A stretch of 64,000 nt of DNA from Tubiluchus corallicola (lineage: Eukaryota > Animalia > Priapulida). Of this stretch, positions 1-64,000 are shown piece by piece (the first letter of the stretch is position 1; each line of letters starts with the position of its first letter). A program made the translations under genes and the position numbers. The DNA is taken from contig JAQGDQ010000158.1 of NCBI GenBank assembly GCA_030141605.1, forward strand, positions 62,001 to 126,000, given 5' to 3'. Under the pieces are notes generated by a model. It was not told where the DNA came from. It did no database searches and was given only the letters and a program-made list of their open reading frames with translations.

Positions 1-2
1 CA

Positions 3-560
3 GATTCTTATCCAGGAATATGGGTTATTCCTTTGACGGATTGGGTTGACACAAATGACACACTGTGTGCTTTAGTAGACAACTGCTACTTCCCAAATGA
101 CAAAGATGAATCTTTGGAGCTCCTTAGGAAGAACTTCCGAACGAGTTATGATGGGTCCAGAGCACCTCTAATGCTAAATCTCCGCTCTCGTTGGTTCTTA
201 GAGGGCGCTTACAACATGGAAGCCCTGCAAGAATTCTTTGATGAAGTGCAAGCACTAGGTGATGTTTATGTTGTCTCTGCTGCCAAGGCATTAGAATGGA
301 TGAGAAACCCAACGAGCATTGCTGACATAGCTAGTAGCGATGTGTTCACATGCACAGAACCGGATGAAACGGCAGTATGTGAGCATGGTAACGTCTGCGC
401 TTACTTCAACATCACTTACCATCCAAACTCTGAGGATCATCCTGGTGACAGGTACATGGAAACATGTTCTGAATGTCCACCAGAATATCCATGGCTAGGC
501 AATCCAGAAGGGGAGTCACTAGATCTCCCTGATGTCCAACATGCCCCAATTGGTAAATAG
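3..560 (+). CDS. 3' coding end of a chitin deacetylase-like / CE4 polysaccharide deacetylase gene (5'-partial), nested antisense in a UBR4 intron
   Basis: Frame is open from position 3: DSYPGIWVIPL..C.LVDNC...NFRTSYDGSRAPLML...WF...FFDEV....DVYVVS...LEWMRNPT...RYMETC..CP.EYPWLGNP.G. This matches the C-terminal pattern of metazoan chitin deacetylases. Stop TAG at 558-560; AATAAA at 1084-1089. Confidence 0.85.
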   Translation, partial: DSYPGIWVIPLTDWVDTNDTLCALVDNCYFPNDKDESLELLRKNFRTSYDGSRAPLMLNLRSRWFLEGAYNMEALQEFFDEVQALGDVYVVSAAKALEWMRNPTSIADIASSDVFTCTEPDETAVCEHGNVCAYFNITYHPNSEDHPGDRYMETCSECPPEYPWLGNPEGESLDLPDVQHAPIGK

Positions 561-3500
561 GCAAATGAATTTGGAAGGTTCCATGAGTTTAAACAGAAAC
601 AGAAGAGCAGTAAGTGCCACCAACCGACTGTAAATAATTAGTTCTTTGACAGTGAGTCAGCATTTGTCTTAATAATTAACGACTTAAGAACTGTATGTGT
701 AAATATCCATTCAGTAATTGTATGTGAAGCCTTGGCTAACTACGCTTATGCAAAATTAGTTTGTGTTGAGAATAACTTAATGTAAGCAGTTCAATGAAGT
801 ATCTTATCATTCTTCTTCATTGTTAAGGCAGCAAATGTCTGTGAAAAATTGCTTAAAATTAAAATAACAATAGCAAAATTATAACAAACGTAAGTTGTTT
901 CAAATGAATACTAGTGTAGTTTTTTATACTCATGTTTTTTTCAATTGATGAAATCTTCCATAGTGTCAAATATAGTGGTATACTATTGTTTCTTGCATTA
1001 TGATTATTAACAGTTATGTTTTGTATCTCTACATTCTCTATAAAACACAAAGTGTGACCTAGCACTTCAACTTTCAAACTGTAAATAAAACCGAATTATT
1101 AGATAACTACTTCTTCAATTTTATTTGTGACTGAATAAGATTAGATAACAGAACTAATGATTTAAAACATTGATGAACAGTTATGTGTACAACTAATGAC
1201 CATCAAAAATATCATTGCAGTAAACTTGGAGTAGAAAACAATGAATTTGGAAAGCAGTAGGTCATTACTAAGTCACGATGAGTATTTTATAACAAAACTG
1301 CACATGCATAGTAATATCAAAATGAAACGAATTTCCTGCATAGTGCAATTATTATAGTCAACATAGTCAACCAAAGCATATGCACTAAAGTCATTCTTTG
1401 AAATTCACTACTGCACTAGTAGGACCACTACCTTGAATAATATAAACAGCAAAGTTCACTTTCTTATCATTCTAAGATATGAAAGTAATAATAAATTAAA
1501 CCATACAGGGTACAGCGGCAGACTCCATAACTTTATTATTGACGTTTTGATGGGAAGTATGGAAATAAACCTTCAATATGACTTTGCTACCTCATTTAAA
1601 AAAATATAAGAAACAATGATTAAAAATAACTAGAGTGGCATTCATACAACAATATAATCTTCAGTGTAACTATAAACTAAAATAGAAATTTAATTAATGA
1701 TGTGTCTTGAGTGGGTCACTACACCTATAAAACTAGTTCAAAGCCGATGCTATCCAACAAATGCTTTGGAATATTAAAATCAATTCATCGCTTCTACTGC
1801 ATTCAAAACACGAAATCTTTTGTGCAAAACACTTTCAATTTTACAAAGCAAGAAGCATGCGTAATCATCCAGCAGGTATAAATAATGTAACTGATACAGT
1901 TAAACACAAGCAAACTGACCTAAATAGAAAATGCCTTCAGCGAAAAATGTTTACAAATAGGAGACTACCCACTCGTGAAGACACGATGAGACCTTGAAGG
2001 AAACTTTTACTATAATTGGAGTCAAAGAATGTAATCAACATGGACATCTATGACCTAAGGGAACGGTACCTAGTATCATTGAGCATAAAAGTTTATTCAA
2101 CAGCAGAAGTGAAGTAGCCGCCGTGTTCTGCTAATTAATATCAATTTTTAGACAGGTGTCAGTCAGTTGTAAATCTGTACTGACACGAAAACTGGTCAAG
2201 GTAGTATGAATCATAAAGAGTGTTAAGTAATTTACATGAAGTGGCCAAGTGGAATACTTGAGTTACCGACATAAGAATTCTTAATGCCAGAATGGCAACA
2301 CTGGAATGTCACCAAGGACAAGCAACAACAATGTACAAGTCTGGAACAGTAAAACTTAATTAAAGCAGAAAAGAAATATTTAAGTAGGATTTTAACAATG
2401 AATAAGCAACAGCGTTTCTCAGCTGACCAAAATTAACCACCAAAACTAACAGCTGCCATCACACCCATATTTCTAAGGTTGCACAGAAAAAAAGTGTGCC
2501 TATTTGACATTACAATGCATTAGCTTTTGGCTGTGAAAGTTACAAGTTTATAGTTTTAGAAGTTTTTGAGTAATAGGCAAAAAGCTTTTGCATGTTAAAA
2601 ACCTAGATGACGGAACAATGTCAGATAATCATCATTTGACAAATAGCCACGTTGAAGTATAAAACATTCAATGCATGGAGCAAAACAATAAAAAAATCAA
2701 ATCAGCCAGGCTGCATCATGGTCTTCATCACAGGATACAAAATGTTGATAAAAATCAATTATCAATAAATAATAGGACTTAATCATCTGGACTACTGTAC
2801 CTGGAATTCCCCTACAGAGAAAGCATACAATTACAACAGCGAGCCGTCTGATGCAAAGCAAAGGTACTAAAGGCAAAAATTCTTGAGTGCTGGGGCCAAA
2901 TATCTCTTAAAAAGTAAGAAACTGTGTGAGTCAGCTGCTGGAAGAAACACCTTTGTCTAGATTGCAGTGAAAATGGTGGACACATAGAGAACTTGTAGGT
3001 TTTTATAATAGTGACAAAATTTTATTCGGCATTTATTTTTTGATTTGTTAATTGAAAACCTCTGTGTCTTTGGAAAAATCTCAAGAAATGGTCTAAAATT
3101 TTTGATGTTTATACATAAACATCTGTAACACCAGTGTAGTAATTTTCAAGCGATTCTGTTACTTTATTCTTATAACGTGTGATACCAAAACTTTGGCACA
3201 TTTTTTTGTGCCACCGGGTTATAACGAAGAGTCGATTTAAACAGCTCGCATACGTCAACCTTTAAAATTCAACTGTTGCAGTACTTCACAACTAACTTGA
3301 CTCACTCCCTGATGTGAAACTATTTCCAATTCACACTGATCAATTCACATATCTAACTATGTTAATTTGACAAGATTGATCTACCTATAAGGTGGAATTT
3401 ATAATACACCAGATGTTATAATATACAAACACTGCAGATTCTGATTCAAGTTTATTATATTTCCCATTTTATGAATATTAACATTTTTTTCCTTATAAAC

Positions 3501-4281
3501 ATTAATTTAGTGACAACTTACAAAATCAAATAATACGGCTCAAGGGAAGGGTGGCAGAAAACTAACAGTTATTAAATTGCCACCCTTATCATTAGTCAAG
3601 GTTGATGGGCTATTAAGCTACAACATCAGTTTCCATGTTGCCAATCATTTGAAAATGAATTTCTATAAGATTAGCAGTTAGAGGAAGACAGGATGATTTT
3701 TCATATACTACCCCATTTTCAAGTACGATAAAAACTATGCATTTTAACACAATTAATACTGCAAAAGGGTTTCTAATAATTAAATAAAAGATTAAAACTT
3801 CATTAACGGCAGGCGAGCCCAACTATTGATGACATCACTAACTAACATAATTTTCAACAGCAAAAATATTCCAATAGCGTGTTGCACGTGTTTGCAAAAG
3901 CGAAAATTGAAGCACAGTCCTACAGTAAGATATCCAGTGTGCTGTACTAAAACTAGGCAAGTTTCATGATAACAATTCAAATTTCAAATTTACCGCTGTA
4001 CTCACGCATGAGCTGTCGAACGTGTGTAGTTCGTCACAAACTATCACATTAGAACTGAGAGGTACAACACTTGTTTTTTTTGTGCAATACGTTTCCGAAA
4101 TGCAGGTGCTAGTGCCCGTCTAACTAGCGAACAGGAAAATGAATGTAACAGCGAAGAACTAGTGGAGCAAACGCAAAATTGTGTTTGTGTAATAATGATG
4201 CTTTCACATATTTCATTTTTGAAAAAAATAGTATGTTTCGTTTCAATATAGAGGGAGAGGAGAATAAGCAACAGCACGTAC

Positions 4282-64000
<59,719 letters not shown>

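Noticed and set aside
561-4281. Further UBR4 exons, or short ORFs (e.g. 859-1077, 1761-1997, 3613-3980) as genes
   Set aside because: The expected SINYDEKDPF exon was not found. The short ORFs are AT-rich, lack recognisable motifs and look like chance intronic ORFs.

Overview
AT-rich, intron-rich animal genomic DNA, probably from an invertebrate; there is no prokaryotic content. Nearly the whole window lies inside one large minus-strand gene, the giant E3/E4 ubiquitin ligase UBR4 (p600/pushover). I traced 56 exons (64000 down to 4282) with phase-consistent splice sites, covering the UBR-box, beta-propeller, DOC-like and armadillo regions and ending at the [16 protein letters not shown] zinc motif. 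The gene is open at both window ends. The last UBR4 intron contains the 3' coding end of an antisense chitin deacetylase-like (CE4) gene (3-560, +). The most unusual features are two tandem repeats that amplify UBR4 splice junctions. One is 35 x 46 bp (17241-18850), each unit carrying a 3' splice site plus the first 28 nt of the exon, at the end of a GC-AG intron. The other is 11 x 35 bp (61040-61427), each unit carrying the last 18 nt of an exon plus the 5' splice site. The introns also hold MITEs (hAT-, Tc1/mariner- and Harbinger-like), LINE 3' fragments with target-site duplications, a foldback palindrome of about 850 bp, and micro- and minisatellites. Protein identities come from my recall of family sequences, not from a database search.
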